In this document: positions 1-9,583 of the stretch, in pieces
How the letters are laid out: the number at the start of each line of letters is the position of its first letter
Numbering within the stretch: the first letter of the stretch is position 1
Origin: Candidatus Fervidifonticultor sextus
Lineage (GTDB): Bacteria > Sysuimicrobiota > Sysuimicrobiia > Sysuimicrobiales > Humicultoraceae
Length of the DNA: 64,000 nucleotides
Direction of reading: 5' to 3'
Assembly (NCBI GenBank): GCA_031459875.1
Contig: JAVKHQ010000003.1
Location: forward strand, 94,297-158,296
Made by a program: the position numbers and the translations under genes
The notes under the pieces: generated by a model
The model's database searches: none
Seen by the model: only the letters and a program-made list of their open reading frames with translations
Told to the model about the DNA's origin: nothing

Positions 1-2
1 GG

Positions 3-143
3 CAGTTCGAGGTGCTCCTGCGCACGCATCCGGCGCTGGTCGACCGGATCGGGCGGGTGCGCGAGCAACTGCGCGGGTTGGGCTATCGGGTGGAGGCGGC
101 GCCGGCGCGCGTGGGGCAACACCGGGCCGCCGGGCGGCGCTGA
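3..143 (+). CDS. 3' end of a gene truncated by the window edge; possibly an M48-family peptidase
   Basis: The frame from nt 3 reads QFEVLLRTHPALVDRIGRVREQL...TGA(141-143). THP-x3-RI resembles the C-terminal motif of M48 metallopeptidases. Confidence 0.35.
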   Translation, partial: QFEVLLRTHPALVDRIGRVREQLRGLGYRVEAAPARVGQHRAAGRR

Positions 144-148
144 CGCCG

Positions 149-1015
149 GTGCCCGTCCGCGACCCCTACGCCGTTCCCGGCACCTACCGCAAGGCGCAGT
201 TGCACTGTCACACCCGGCGGTCCGACGGCCGGTTCGAGCCCGCCGACCTGGCCCGGCGCTACCGCGACGCGGGCTACGCGTTTGTGTGTTTCACCGACCA
301 CGACGTGCTCACCCGCTGTGATGAGATCAATGACGCGTCGTTCCTGGCCCTGCCGGGCGTCGAGGAGACGATCGTGTGGGGACTGCCGCCGCTGGGGGCG
401 CACCTGGGGCGGCTGCTGGTGGACGGCGTCCTGGGCGCGGGGTCGGCCGCAGACCGCATCCGGCAGACGCTGGCGTCCGGCGGCATCCCGTGCCTGCACC
501 ATCCGTCGTGGACGGGCAACCTGTGGACCGGCTCCTGGACCGCTCGGGCGATGACCGCCCTGCCGGGGCCGTTTCTGGTGGAGGTCTGGAATCCGCACTC
601 CAATTCTGAGGAGGACGTCAGGCGGTGGGCGTGCGCGGTGGAGGCGCACGGGCCGGGGGTCTGCATCGGTGCTTCGGCGGGTGACGACTGCCACCTGGCA
701 TCCCAGTTCGACCGGGCGTGGGTGATGGTGAAGGTCCCCGTCATCACCGCCACAGCCCTCCGCGAGGCGCTGCTGGCCGGTGCCTTCTATGCCAGTACCG
801 GCGTCGAGGCCGAGTTTGGCGCCGACGGCGGCGCGATTGCGGTGCAGAGCACGGCCGATGAGGTCCGCGTGATCGACGCCGATGGCCGGGTGCGTGCCCT
901 CATTCGGGACGGCAGTGGGCGGTATAGCCCCCAGGGGGACGAGCGCTTCGTGCGCCTGGAATGCCGGGCCGGCCAGCGGCGGGCGTGGAGCCAGGCGTTC
1001 TGGATCGTGCCGTAG
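149..1015 (+). CDS. PHP-domain metallohydrolase (CehA/McbA-like)
   Basis: Metal-binding motifs of the PHP family: LHCHT..SDG, FTDHD, GVEET, HHP and AGDDCH. Confidence 0.85.
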   Translation: MPVRDPYAVPGTYRKAQLHCHTRRSDGRFEPADLARRYRDAGYAFVCFTDHDVLTRCDEINDASFLALPGVEETIVWGLPPLGAHLGRLLVDGVLGAGSAADRIRQTLASGGIPCLHHPSWTGNLWTGSWTARAMTALPGPFLVEVWNPHSNSEEDVRRWACAVEAHGPGVCIGASAGDDCHLASQFDRAWVMVKVPVITATALREALLAGAFYASTGVEAEFGADGGAIAVQSTADEVRVIDADGRVRALIRDGSGRYSPQGDERFVRLECRAGQRRAWSQAFWIVP

Positions 1016-1121
1016 TCTTTTGGATGGGACGACAGCGCCACGGCGGGGGAGGAAGGCCGTGGAGGCATGCGAATCCTGAAGGGCGGAGCCTGATGGCAGA
1101 GGACGTGGAGGGACGCGCCGG

Positions 1122-1658
1122 ATGAGAGCGAGCCGCCGACTCGCCGGGAGTGCGGCTCAGGCAGAAGGACACGCCGAGGCACTCCGGCGGATCGCCGTCA
1201 GGTACGCAGACGCCCTCAGGGACCTGCTGGGACCCTCATTGGTCTCGGTGGTGCTGTTTGGCTCGGTGGCCAGGGGCGACGCGCGGGCGCATTCTGACAT
1301 CGACCTGCTGGTGATCGTCTCCGACCTTCCGCCCGGCAGGCTGGCGCGGCAAGGCCTTGTCGGTCCGGCCGACGCCCTCCTGGACCCGGAACTCGAACGA
1401 CTCAGACGGCAGGCGATCCTGACCGACGTCAACCCGATCCTGAAAACCCCCGAGGAAGTGCTCCGGCTCCCACCACTGCTCCTGGACCTGGTCGAGGATG
1501 CCGTCGTCCTCCACGATCGGGACGGGTTCTTTGCTGGTGTGCTGGCACGCCTCCGCGAATCCCTGGCGCGCCTGGGGGCCCGCCGGGTCCAGCGGGGATG
1601 GCTGCGGTACTGGGAGCTGAAGCCGGACTACCTCCCCGGAGAGGTTTTCGAGCTATGA
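1122..1658 (+). CDS. Minimal nucleotidyltransferase (MNT) antitoxin
   Basis: LFGSVARGDARAHSDIDLLV fits GS-x10-DxD. Its stop overlaps the next start (ATGA, 1655-1658). Exact start uncertain. Confidence 0.85.
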   Translation: MRASRRLAGSAAQAEGHAEALRRIAVRYADALRDLLGPSLVSVVLFGSVARGDARAHSDIDLLVIVSDLPPGRLARQGLVGPADALLDPELERLRRQAILTDVNPILKTPEEVLRLPPLLLDLVEDAVVLHDRDGFFAGVLARLRESLARLGARRVQRGWLRYWELKPDYLPGEVFEL

Positions 1659-2065
1659 CCAACCGCCAGATGGCCGAGAGTTATCTGGCGCAGGCGGGCG
1701 AGATCATCATTGAGGCGCACGGGGCCTTCGAGCGCGGAGTGTGGAACCTGGTGGTCCGGAGGTGCCAGGAGGTTGTCGAGCTCGCTCTCAAGGCCGCGCT
1801 GCGCCTGGCGGGGATCGAGGTGCCGCACATTCACGACGTCGGCATCCTGTTGAAGGACCATGAGGCGAAATTTCCCGAGCCCTTTCGTCGGGACATCGGG
1901 CGCATGGCCTCGATCTCCCGGCAGTTGCGGCGAGAACGCGAGGCCAGCTTCTATGGCGACGAAGAGACAGGCTCTCCTCCTCACCGACTCTACACGGAGG
2001 ATGACGCGAAGGAGGCCCTGCACGACGCTGGCTTTGTGCTCGAACGCTGCCGCGGCCTCGTGTAG
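1655..2065 (+). CDS. HEPN-domain protein (toxin partner of MNT)
   Basis: CQEVVELALKAAL, PHIHDV and RREREASFYGDE are typical of COG2250-type HEPN proteins. Translationally coupled to MNT. Confidence 0.85.
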   Translation: MTNRQMAESYLAQAGEIIIEAHGAFERGVWNLVVRRCQEVVELALKAALRLAGIEVPHIHDVGILLKDHEAKFPEPFRRDIGRMASISRQLRREREASFYGDEETGSPPHRLYTEDDAKEALHDAGFVLERCRGLV

Positions 2066-2077
2066 GGTGTGAGGGCG

Positions 2078-2092
2078 TGGCACCTGATTCGC
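2078..2092 (+). promoter_or_regulatory. Possible sigma54-type -24/-12 element upstream of the flippase
   Basis: TGGCACCTGATTCGC has GG-N10-GC spacing and starts with TGGCAC, but the -12 box is imperfect. Confidence 0.25.
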
Positions 2093-2165
2093 CCCCTGGA
2101 TCGGATTCCCGTCGCGCCTGTCCGCACGTCGGACCCGGAACCATCACCCCAGTGAAGAAGGGCAA

Positions 2166-3704
2166 ATGACCGTGGAGACGTTCACCATTGGCAGCCGGAT
2201 GCTGGTGCGCAACGGGCTGCTGGCTCTAGCAGGCCAGGCGGTGCCCTTCGTCGTCGGCGTGGCGAGTGTCCCGGTCATTGTCCACGGCCTGGGTGTGGAA
2301 CGGTTCGGCCTCCTGGCGCTGACCTGGACACTCCTCGGCGCATTCAGCGTGTTCGACTTGGGGTTGGGTCGGGCGGTCACCAAGTTCGTGGCCGAAGCCC
2401 TCGGGACAGGAGAACGGAATGGCATTCCGGGCATCATCTGGTCCGCGGTGATGGCTCAGGCGGCCTTCGGGACCCTCGGTGCCGGCGTCCTGGCTCTGGC
2501 CGCGTCGCCTGTGGTGACGCGCCTCCTCACTGTGGCCCCTCAGATGCATGCCGAGGCTGTTGCGTCCCTGCGCGTCCTGGCCCTGTCTCTCCCGGTCGTC
2601 CTGGTGTCCTTCTCCTTTCAGGGGGCGCTGGAGGCTGTGCAGCGATTTGATCTCCTGGCCGGAGTCAAGATCGTGTCGAGCACGTCAACATTCCTCGTGC
2701 CTCTGGCAGGCGCCCTCTTCTCCTGGGACCTCCCCACCATCCTTGCCGGGATGCTTGTGGCCCGGTCGCTGGTGCTGATCTTGTCCGCGTACGCCTGCAT
2801 CCGCGCCCTGGCACTCCTGCGGCTCCCCGTGTCCGCGAGCCGGGGCGGGTTCCGATCGCTGCTTACCTTCGGCATGTGGATCACTGTCTCGGGGCTTGTG
2901 GCGCTGATCCTGGCACCGGCAGACAGGCTTATCATCGGCAACCAGCTCACCATGACGGCCTTGACCCACTATGCCATTCCCCAGGAGCTGATCGCCCGCC
3001 TGGGCGTCATCTCGGCCAGCATGGCCGTCGTCCTGTTTCCGGCGTTCAGCACGCTGGGCGGCGCGCAGGACCTCACACGCGTGAGGGTGCTCTTCAGCCG
3101 GTCAACGGAGTACCTGATCCTGACCCTGGCTCCGGCCTTCGGCCTCATCGCGGTCCTGGCGCCAGATCTCCTCAGGGCCTGGCTAGGTTCCCCCCTGGCG
3201 GAACACAGCGCGCCGGTGCTCCAGATCCTCGCCGTCGGGGCCGCCGTGCAACTCCTGGCGGTGAGCGCCTATGTCCTGCTCCAGGGGCTGGGCCGTTCGG
3301 ATCTGACCGCCAAGTTCCATCTCCTCGTGCTACCGTTGTCCGTCGCGGCCCTGTGGTGGCTGGTCCGACTCTACGGAATCCGGGGAGCCGCCTTCGTGTG
3401 GACCGGACGGGTCGCCTTTGAGGCGTTCCTGCTCCTCTGGGCGGCGAGACGCATGGGAATGTGGACCTGGGAGGGCGCGAGGGAGACCGCCAGGCGCGTG
3501 CTGATCCCTGTCGTCGCCGTCTGCTCGCTCTCGCTGGCCGTGCACTCTACGCGCGCCCCGCTGGCGCCGAGGATGGTGCTCATCGGCAGTTTGCTGTCCG
3601 CCTTCGCCTGGTGGGTCTGGGCGCGCTCCCTGGAGGAGGAGGAGCGCCGCTGGATCGTCCGGTTGCTCATGGCCTGGCGGCGCCTTCCGGTAAGGATGTC
3701 GTGA
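2166..3704 (+). CDS. wzx: Wzx-type polysaccharide flippase
   Basis: 512 aa with many TM segments. LGVERFGLLAL, FDLGLGRAVTKFVA and DRLIIG are typical of MOP/Wzx flippases. Confidence 0.85.
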   Translation: MTVETFTIGSRMLVRNGLLALAGQAVPFVVGVASVPVIVHGLGVERFGLLALTWTLLGAFSVFDLGLGRAVTKFVAEALGTGERNGIPGIIWSAVMAQAAFGTLGAGVLALAASPVVTRLLTVAPQMHAEAVASLRVLALSLPVVLVSFSFQGALEAVQRFDLLAGVKIVSSTSTFLVPLAGALFSWDLPTILAGMLVARSLVLILSAYACIRALALLRLPVSASRGGFRSLLTFGMWITVSGLVALILAPADRLIIGNQLTMTALTHYAIPQELIARLGVISASMAVVLFPAFSTLGGAQDLTRVRVLFSRSTEYLILTLAPAFGLIAVLAPDLLRAWLGSPLAEHSAPVLQILAVGAAVQLLAVSAYVLLQGLGRSDLTAKFHLLVLPLSVAALWWLVRLYGIRGAAFVWTGRVAFEAFLLLWAARRMGMWTWEGARETARRVLIPVVAVCSLSLAVHSTRAPLAPRMVLIGSLLSAFAWWVWARSLEEEERRWIVRLLMAWRRLPVRMS

Positions 3705-4765
3705 TCTCCTCCATGGCCTCGATCTCGGACCTGTTGAAAGGCGAGGAATCCCTGCAGGTGCTCCAGGCGGATGCCGAGCGGTTGGGCCGAAAGTACGCCG
3801 TGTTTCTCGTGGACCACGGGCGAGCCTCGCGCTCGACCCACAAGTTCTGGTGGAATCACTTCGAAGAGGCCGCCCGGCTGCTCGGGATCCCGTGCCGGAG
3901 GGTTTCCAAGGCCAGCGAGACGTGGCCCACAGACCACCGTCGCGAAGGCAGACGGGGTGTCTATCTCTTCTTTACCAGGAGGTCTCTCTACCACGACCGC
4001 TGGTGCATCTTCCGTTCAGTGCGGAGAGAGGCCATCAGACCGGAGGACATTGTCGCCAGTTGGGATCCACGGGTTATGGACGAACTCGACCATGCGCACG
4101 CATTCCTCATCGGGTTTCGCGGTGGGACATGGATGTCGCTCCCCGGGCTGCCCGATTCGAGGCAGATTGTCTTCTGGGAACCCTTTGCGCCTCTGTCCGC
4201 CGTGGAGAAGGGGGTCCGCGAGTCGGGCCGGACACCCAGATGGGACTTCTCGTACTTTGGGACCCTGAACCCCCACAACTACGATCAGTTTCAGCGGATT
4301 CTTCAGCCGCTCGCAGCACGCCACCGCTGCCGGTACGCCGGAAAACTGTGGAGAATCGCGTCGCTCATTCCGCTGAGATATGGGTTTCGTCCGTTCCTCG
4401 TACATGAGGATCGAGGCCAGGAGATACTTCTTGAGGGCCGCATCAACCTCGTGCTCCACAACGACTATCATCGGCGCATGAGGACCCTTACGGAGCGACT
4501 CTTCGTTTCGGCGGCTTTGGGCCGTCCTGTCGTATGTGACAATGCTGGCGCGTGGCGTTATTTCTCTCAAGAGGAAGTCCCGGTCGCTGAAGACCCGGAG
4601 ATGTTCCTCGCATTGTGCGAGGACAGTCTCCGCAACCTCCAGCAACGTCGAGAGATCGCCCGAGAAATCCAAAGGAAGACACTTCGACATAACACTTACC
4701 TGCACACGGTCGTGCAGCTGCTCACGGAACTGGACGCCAAGGCTTCCTCGCGTGGCGGCGTGTGA
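3701..4765 (+). CDS. Glycosyltransferase, CgeB/Glyco_trans_1_2-like
   Basis: GTG start overlaps the wzx stop (GTGA). The C-terminus INLVLH...ERLFVSAALG...HNTYLH is characteristic of CgeB-like GT-B proteins. Confidence 0.65.
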   Translation: MISSMASISDLLKGEESLQVLQADAERLGRKYAVFLVDHGRASRSTHKFWWNHFEEAARLLGIPCRRVSKASETWPTDHRREGRRGVYLFFTRRSLYHDRWCIFRSVRREAIRPEDIVASWDPRVMDELDHAHAFLIGFRGGTWMSLPGLPDSRQIVFWEPFAPLSAVEKGVRESGRTPRWDFSYFGTLNPHNYDQFQRILQPLAARHRCRYAGKLWRIASLIPLRYGFRPFLVHEDRGQEILLEGRINLVLHNDYHRRMRTLTERLFVSAALGRPVVCDNAGAWRYFSQEEVPVAEDPEMFLALCEDSLRNLQQRREIAREIQRKTLRHNTYLHTVVQLLTELDAKASSRGGV

Positions 4766-5430
4766 GGGGCACGTCCGGGGCGCGAACACGGAGGAGAAGG
4801 GTAGCCAAGTGGCGAGCGTTCATGTTGCGCCGGGGGCCACTCGCTGTTGCGTGACTGTCTGCGCGGGGTTGCCTGGGGGAATTCGATGTCTGCTCGGATG
4901 GCCGAGGACTGTGGCTTTCCCAAACTTAGGTGTCCGGCTGTACCCCCTTCCTTTAGTGGAAGGGATGCTGAACGGGATCTAGTTTTTCGTCACCGCTGGT
5001 TCGACGTCTCGGAACCGGAACTCGCATTCTTGGAGAATGTTTTGAAGCCAGGGGATATCTTCGTCGATGCAGGCGCCTTTCACGGGTGGTACACGGTGCT
5101 GGCGAGCCAGGAGGTGGGTGGACGAGGCCCAGCTGCTGGCCTTCGGGTCCAACCAGGACTCCTTGAGGGTCCTCAGGCGAAACATTGATGTGAACGGCTG
5201 TCGAAAGGTGCGCGCCTGCAATGTGGCGTTGTCCAACGTCGAGGGACGGAGGTGGTTGTACAGAGGCCCCAATGACGGATCGTAGAATTCTATAGCGCCA
5301 GTGGCGGGAGGAATCGACCGGGAGGAGTCCAGACCGGGCGTCTTCACGACGTGATGACCGAGCTGTGTCTCCATTGGGTGGAGGTCATGAAGATCGATGT
5401 CCAGGGCGCGGAAGCCTCTGTCCTGGCGAC
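4762..5430 (+). pseudogene. FkbM-family methyltransferase pseudogene, copy 1
   Basis: Fragments lie in different frames: EPELAFLENVLKPGDIFVDAGAFHGWYT; LLAF...LRRNIDVNG..VRACNVALS; TAG at 5283-5285; RLHDV...MKIDVQGAE. The C-terminus is missing. Confidence 0.75.
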
Positions 5431-5866
5431 AGGCGGCTCTTACTCGTTCCACACTGGAAAGGGGCCTGAAGGCGATCTGCGTCTTTCGCGATCGGTTCTT
5501 GCAGGCAGCAGACCCTGAATTGGAGTTTGTGAGGACTGTCCTGGAACCAGGTCAGGTCTTCATCGATAACGGAGCCTGTCGTGGATGGTATGCGATCACG
5601 GCGAGCCGCGTCGTGGGGGCGTGGGACGCGTGCTGGCTTTTGAGCCCAATCCGGATACCTATGCCCTCCTGGTGTGCAATATGACCCTCAGTGGGTGCTC
5701 GAATGTTTGGACGGTCGGAGGCCCGCTCACCGACGTCGAGAGCGAGGCTCTGCTGTACCAGGGGCCAGTCGACGGGGGAGCCGGCGGGCTGGCCCCGATG
5801 AAAGGATGGCGCGATCAGGCAAAGGTCCACTTACGCCGACTCGATGATGTCCTTGGGGAACTAGGG

Positions 5867-7019
5867 TGTCCAGTTTCGTAATGGTGTGCACACATCAGGG
5901 TGCGACCTGGACATGGTAATCACCCCATCGCGAGGTCCAGAAGAGCGCTGCGGGCGGACGCCCCTGGGTGCGGTAGCCCAGGTGTGGCCGCTGATGGTTG
6001 TAGAACCCGAGGTAACGATCCAGGGCGACCTGCAGTTGGGCGACGTGGGTGAAGAAGCGGCGGCGGAACTCGACGCGCCACAACTCGGTGAGGATGGTGC
6101 CCTGCAGGCGCTCGACGAACCCGTTGGTCCACGCATGTCGCGGTCGGGTGCGGGTGTGCCGAATGCGCAGGGCCTGACAGGCCTGCTCGAAAGCGCCGCG
6201 ATACTCGCTGCCCTGATCGGTGAGGATGCGCTGCACGCGCCAGCCCGCCGCGCGGTAGGCCGGCAGCACCCGGGTCGTCAGGAACCGAGCCGCGGCGTCC
6301 GCCGAGAACTCGGTCGCGACCTGGGCCATTGCATACGAACAGGCCGCATCGCAGGCGGTGTACTGCCAGACCTTCCCGACCCCTTTGAGCTTCCCGATGT
6401 AGAACGTGTCCAGGCAGACCAGCTCGCCGGGCGTGTGGGCGGCCACATGGGGCCCGCGGCGGCGCTGGGCGGCTGTCAGGTGGCGGCGCGTCCGCTCGGT
6501 CAGCAGGCCCGCCCCTCGGGCGCTGTGGGCTTCGAGCACCGCCAGCCGCTGCCAGCGCGTTGCGAGCCCCCTCCGCCGCAGGAGCCGGTAGATCGTCGTC
6601 GGGGCGAAGCGCCAGGCTCCCTGCTCGGGGCGGGCCAGCTGGACAGCCAAGCGGGCCGGACCCCACGTCGGCCACGCCAGGGCCAGGGCCAGGATCGCCC
6701 GCTCGGCCTGCACGCTGAGCGGCGAGGGTCGGCCGCGTCGCGGCCCACGCCGCCGTGGGTGCAGACCCTCGGGGCCATAGGCCATATAGCGCCGCCGCCA
6801 GCGGTAGAACAGGGTGCGGGAGATCCCCGCCTCCCGACAGGCCCGGCTGACGTTCCCCAGCGCCTGCGCGCGGGCCATCACCCGCAGGCGAAATCCGTGT
6901 ACACTGTCGTCGAGGGTCATGGGCAGTCCTCCCCGCTTCCCCACGAGGGGGTAGTATCCAACGGGAAGGATTCGTCATATGACCCTCCTCGACTGTCAAC
7001 ACTAGATCGAAACAGTACA
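5867..7019 (-). mobile_element. IS481-family insertion sequence with 8-bp target-site duplication AACTAGGG
   Basis: Ends TGT...ACA with imperfect 26-bp inverted repeats (TGTCCAGTTTCGTAATGGTGTGCACA vs TGTACTGTTTCGATCTAGTGTTGACA). AACTAGGG lies at 5859-5866 and 7020-7027. Confidence 0.92.
5895..6920 (-). CDS. IS481-family transposase
   Basis: N-terminal HTH (NVSRACREAGISRTLFYRW) and DDE core (CLDTF, LTDQGSEY, TNGFVER, YNHQRPH). Confidence 0.92.
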   Translation of the reverse strand: MTLDDSVHGFRLRVMARAQALGNVSRACREAGISRTLFYRWRRRYMAYGPEGLHPRRRGPRRGRPSPLSVQAERAILALALAWPTWGPARLAVQLARPEQGAWRFAPTTIYRLLRRRGLATRWQRLAVLEAHSARGAGLLTERTRRHLTAAQRRRGPHVAAHTPGELVCLDTFYIGKLKGVGKVWQYTACDAACSYAMAQVATEFSADAAARFLTTRVLPAYRAAGWRVQRILTDQGSEYRGAFEQACQALRIRHTRTRPRHAWTNGFVERLQGTILTELWRVEFRRRFFTHVAQLQVALDRYLGFYNHQRPHLGYRTQGRPPAALFWTSRWGDYHVQVAP

Positions 7020-7337
7020 AACTAGGGCCCCATCGGGTGGATGTAATGAAGATCGATGTGCAGGGCGCCGAGGCCAGCCTCCGGCGGGAAGCCATGGAAA
7101 TGCTGCAAACGTCGCGTCCCATCATCATTCTCGAGATCGATTCCGTGGTTGCGAGCGAGATGGGCGTGTCAGCTACGGAGGCCTGGGGCCTGCTTACCCG
7201 TTTCGGCTATCGGTTCTTTCGATACGGGCCCCGAACCTGGAACCCCTTTGTGTATTCTCGGAGACCGCCGAAGGCCGGTGGATGAACCTGATTGCGAAGC
7301 CTGACCAGGTTACTCCCTTTGGGGGAGCCACGAGCAC

Positions 7338-8192
7338 ATGAGCCGGTCTCCGCTTGTGTCGGTGATCATGCCTGTCTACAATGCCGCCGAGACCATAGAA
7401 GAAGCGGTCCAGAGCCTCTTGCAGCAGACGTATTCAGATCTGGAGATTATCGTAGTGGACGATGGCTCGACAGACGCGTCCATCTCCTTAATTGAACGTT
7501 ATCACGACCCTCGGATTCGAATCGTCAGGCAGGAGCACTGCGGCATCGTGCGGACACGTAACACGGGGTGTGCACAGGCCAGGGGCACCTACCTGGCCGT
7601 CATGGATTCCGATGATGTTGCCCACGAGGGACGAATCGCGGCGCAGGTGAAGTTCCTGGAGCGGCAGCCCGACGTGGGTCTGCTGGGTACCCATGCTAGG
7701 TTTGTGCATGACGACGGACGAGAATGGCTCTTCACGCCTCCCGTTGAGGATCGCGCCCTCCGCCGCTACCTGTTGTGGGACAATCCATTCGTCCATAGTT
7801 CCGTGATGTTCAGACGGCAGGCCTTCGAGGAGACCGGCGGATACACGGAGGGCATTGTGGCAAATGAGGACTATAGGCTTTGGATCCGAATGGCTCGAAA
7901 CTGGAGGCTGGGGATGATCCCGCAGGTGCTCCTCACCTACAGGGTGCGCGGCACTAGCGCGAGCCGTGCCGCAAGCCGCCAGAGCGCGCTCCTCGCCAGG
8001 TTTGGTGCTCAGTGGGAGGCGGCCAAGATGCTCGGCCCCTGGTATCAGGCCTTACCCGCCCTGGGGATCACGGGAGCCGCTTACCTGCTGAGTCGTACCG
8101 GCAGACTGCTCGATCTGAGCGTCTGGAATCCTGCTAGGCGCCTGCGATCCAGGCGACGAGGGTTTCGAGAAAGCGATCTCGAGGATCGCTGA
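7338..8192 (+). CDS. Glycosyltransferase family 2
   Basis: VSVIMPVYN, VVDDGSTD, MDSDD and EDY motifs. Confidence 0.9.
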   Translation: MSRSPLVSVIMPVYNAAETIEEAVQSLLQQTYSDLEIIVVDDGSTDASISLIERYHDPRIRIVRQEHCGIVRTRNTGCAQARGTYLAVMDSDDVAHEGRIAAQVKFLERQPDVGLLGTHARFVHDDGREWLFTPPVEDRALRRYLLWDNPFVHSSVMFRRQAFEETGGYTEGIVANEDYRLWIRMARNWRLGMIPQVLLTYRVRGTSASRAASRQSALLARFGAQWEAAKMLGPWYQALPALGITGAAYLLSRTGRLLDLSVWNPARRLRSRRRGFRESDLEDR

Positions 8193-8194
8193 AG

Positions 8195-8389
8195 ATGGGG
8201 GGCCTTGGGCGATACCTTACCAACCCCTACTGCTGGCGGCGGGAGGTACAGCGGCACTCTGCGATCCTGACCTGCCACCCTGCGATGATCTCCGAGGTGG
8301 GCGCCCACGAGATCGCAGGGACCGCCCCCTTCCGCGATGTCGTCGATTGGCTGGAAGACCGCAGCTACGGTGCCTTTGGCCTTCGGTGA
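8195..8389 (+). pseudogene. Internally deleted gene remnant; N-terminus like the downstream GT, C-terminus FkbM-like
   Basis: RYLTNPYCWRREV parallels RYLRDPYYWRRGV of the next gene. HPAMISEV...VVDWLEDRSY resembles an FkbM C-terminus. Its stop overlaps the next GTG. Confidence 0.4.
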
Positions 8390-9507
8390 GGGACTGGAAG
8401 CGGTATCTTCGGGATCCCTACTACTGGCGCCGGGGCGTCCTCCGCGTGCTGGAGGCCACAACCCGGCGGCTCCACCTGGAGACCTATCTGGATCGCCTGA
8501 TCGCCGAGGGGGCGCACGGGGTGAGCGTGCGCCCTGGCACGGCCCTGGAAGGGCCGGGGGCAGGGCTGCGGCTCCTCTACGTCGCTCCCAAGTTCGACAA
8601 CGGGAATCCCGCCCGGGGCTACAGCTACGAGGAGAACCACTTTTTTCCGGCGCTGGTGAGCCTGGGCTTTACGCCGGTCCGGTTCGACTCCCTGACGCTG
8701 GTCCGCCGCCTGGGCAGGAAGGCCGCCAGCGACCTATTGGTGGAACTCGCCTTCCGCCTGCGGCCGGACGTCGCCTTCTTCGTGCTCTTCAAAGACGACT
8801 TCGAGGACGCCGCGGTGGAGGAGCTCCGGCGGCTGGGGTGCGTGACCTTCAACTGGTTCACCGACGACCACTGGCGGTTCGAGGATTTCTCCAGCCGATG
8901 GGCGCCGCGCTTCAGTGTGGCGATCACCACCGATCCCCGAGCCGTGCGGCGCTATCAAGAGCGTGGAATCACCAACGTCATCCAGTCGCAGTGGGGCGTC
9001 AACCACCGCCTCTACCGCCCGCTGGACCGTCCCCGCCGCTACCAGGTGACATTCATCGGCCAGCCCCACGGCAACCGGCGGGCGATCCTGAGGGCGCTGC
9101 AGCAGAGAGGCATTGCAGTGGAAGCCTGGGGGTACGGATGGCCCCGGGGAAAACTCTCCACGCGCCAGGCGGTCGAGGTCATCAACGAGTCCACAGTCAA
9201 CCTCAACCTGTCCAAGGCGGTCACGGGCGGGGTGGACCAGATCAAGGGCCGCGACTTCGAGGTTCCCGCGTGCCAGGGGCTCCTGCTGACCGCACGGGTG
9301 GAGGCCCTGGAGCAGTACTACGACCTGGGCACCGAGGTCCTGACCTATGAGGGCTTCGAGGATCTGGTAGACAAGATCCGGTGGGTAGTGGGCCACCCGG
9401 CGGAAGCGGACCGCGTCCGGGAGGCCGGGTACCGGCGGGTACTCCGCGATCACACCTACGAGCATCGTTTTACGGAGATCTTTCGCCGCGCCGGGGTGTT
9501 TCGATAG
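8386..9507 (+). CDS. Glycosyltransferase, CgeB family
   Basis: GTG start in a GTGA overlap. Motifs WFTDDHWRF, VTFIGQPHGNR, QIKGRDFEVPAC and RDHTYEHRF. Confidence 0.85.
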   Translation: MRDWKRYLRDPYYWRRGVLRVLEATTRRLHLETYLDRLIAEGAHGVSVRPGTALEGPGAGLRLLYVAPKFDNGNPARGYSYEENHFFPALVSLGFTPVRFDSLTLVRRLGRKAASDLLVELAFRLRPDVAFFVLFKDDFEDAAVEELRRLGCVTFNWFTDDHWRFEDFSSRWAPRFSVAITTDPRAVRRYQERGITNVIQSQWGVNHRLYRPLDRPRRYQVTFIGQPHGNRRAILRALQQRGIAVEAWGYGWPRGKLSTRQAVEVINESTVNLNLSKAVTGGVDQIKGRDFEVPACQGLLLTARVEALEQYYDLGTEVLTYEGFEDLVDKIRWVVGHPAEADRVREAGYRRVLRDHTYEHRFTEIFRRAGVFR

Positions 9508-9534
9508 CTGATCAGCAAGGCCCTCGGGGCCGGG

Positions 9535-9563
9535 TTGACCGACCTCTGTGCCGCCCCTATGAT
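9535..9563 (+). promoter_or_regulatory. sigma70-type promoter
   Basis: TTGACC(9535-9540)-17 bp-TATGAT(9558-9563), 20 nt upstream of ATG 9584. Confidence 0.65.
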
Positions 9564-9583
9564 CAGCCCGAGAGGATGCGGGC

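Larger units (their letters stand above)
5431..7285 (+). pseudogene. FkbM-family methyltransferase pseudogene, copy 2, frameshifted and interrupted by IS481
   Basis: DPELEFVRTVLEPGQVFIDNGACRGWY, a frameshift, GRVLAFEPNP...RRLDDVLGELG, then the IS, then PHRVDVMKIDVQGAE...RPIIILE. The 5' boundary is approximate. Confidence 0.8.

Noticed and set aside
1038..1062. CCACGGC/GCCGTGG hairpin as a terminator
   Set aside because: The stem is only 7 bp with an 11-nt loop and no U-tract, so it could arise by chance at this GC content.
5886..7025. 379-aa + strand ORF inside the IS
   Set aside because: It is the antisense shadow of the transposase and has no recognisable motifs.
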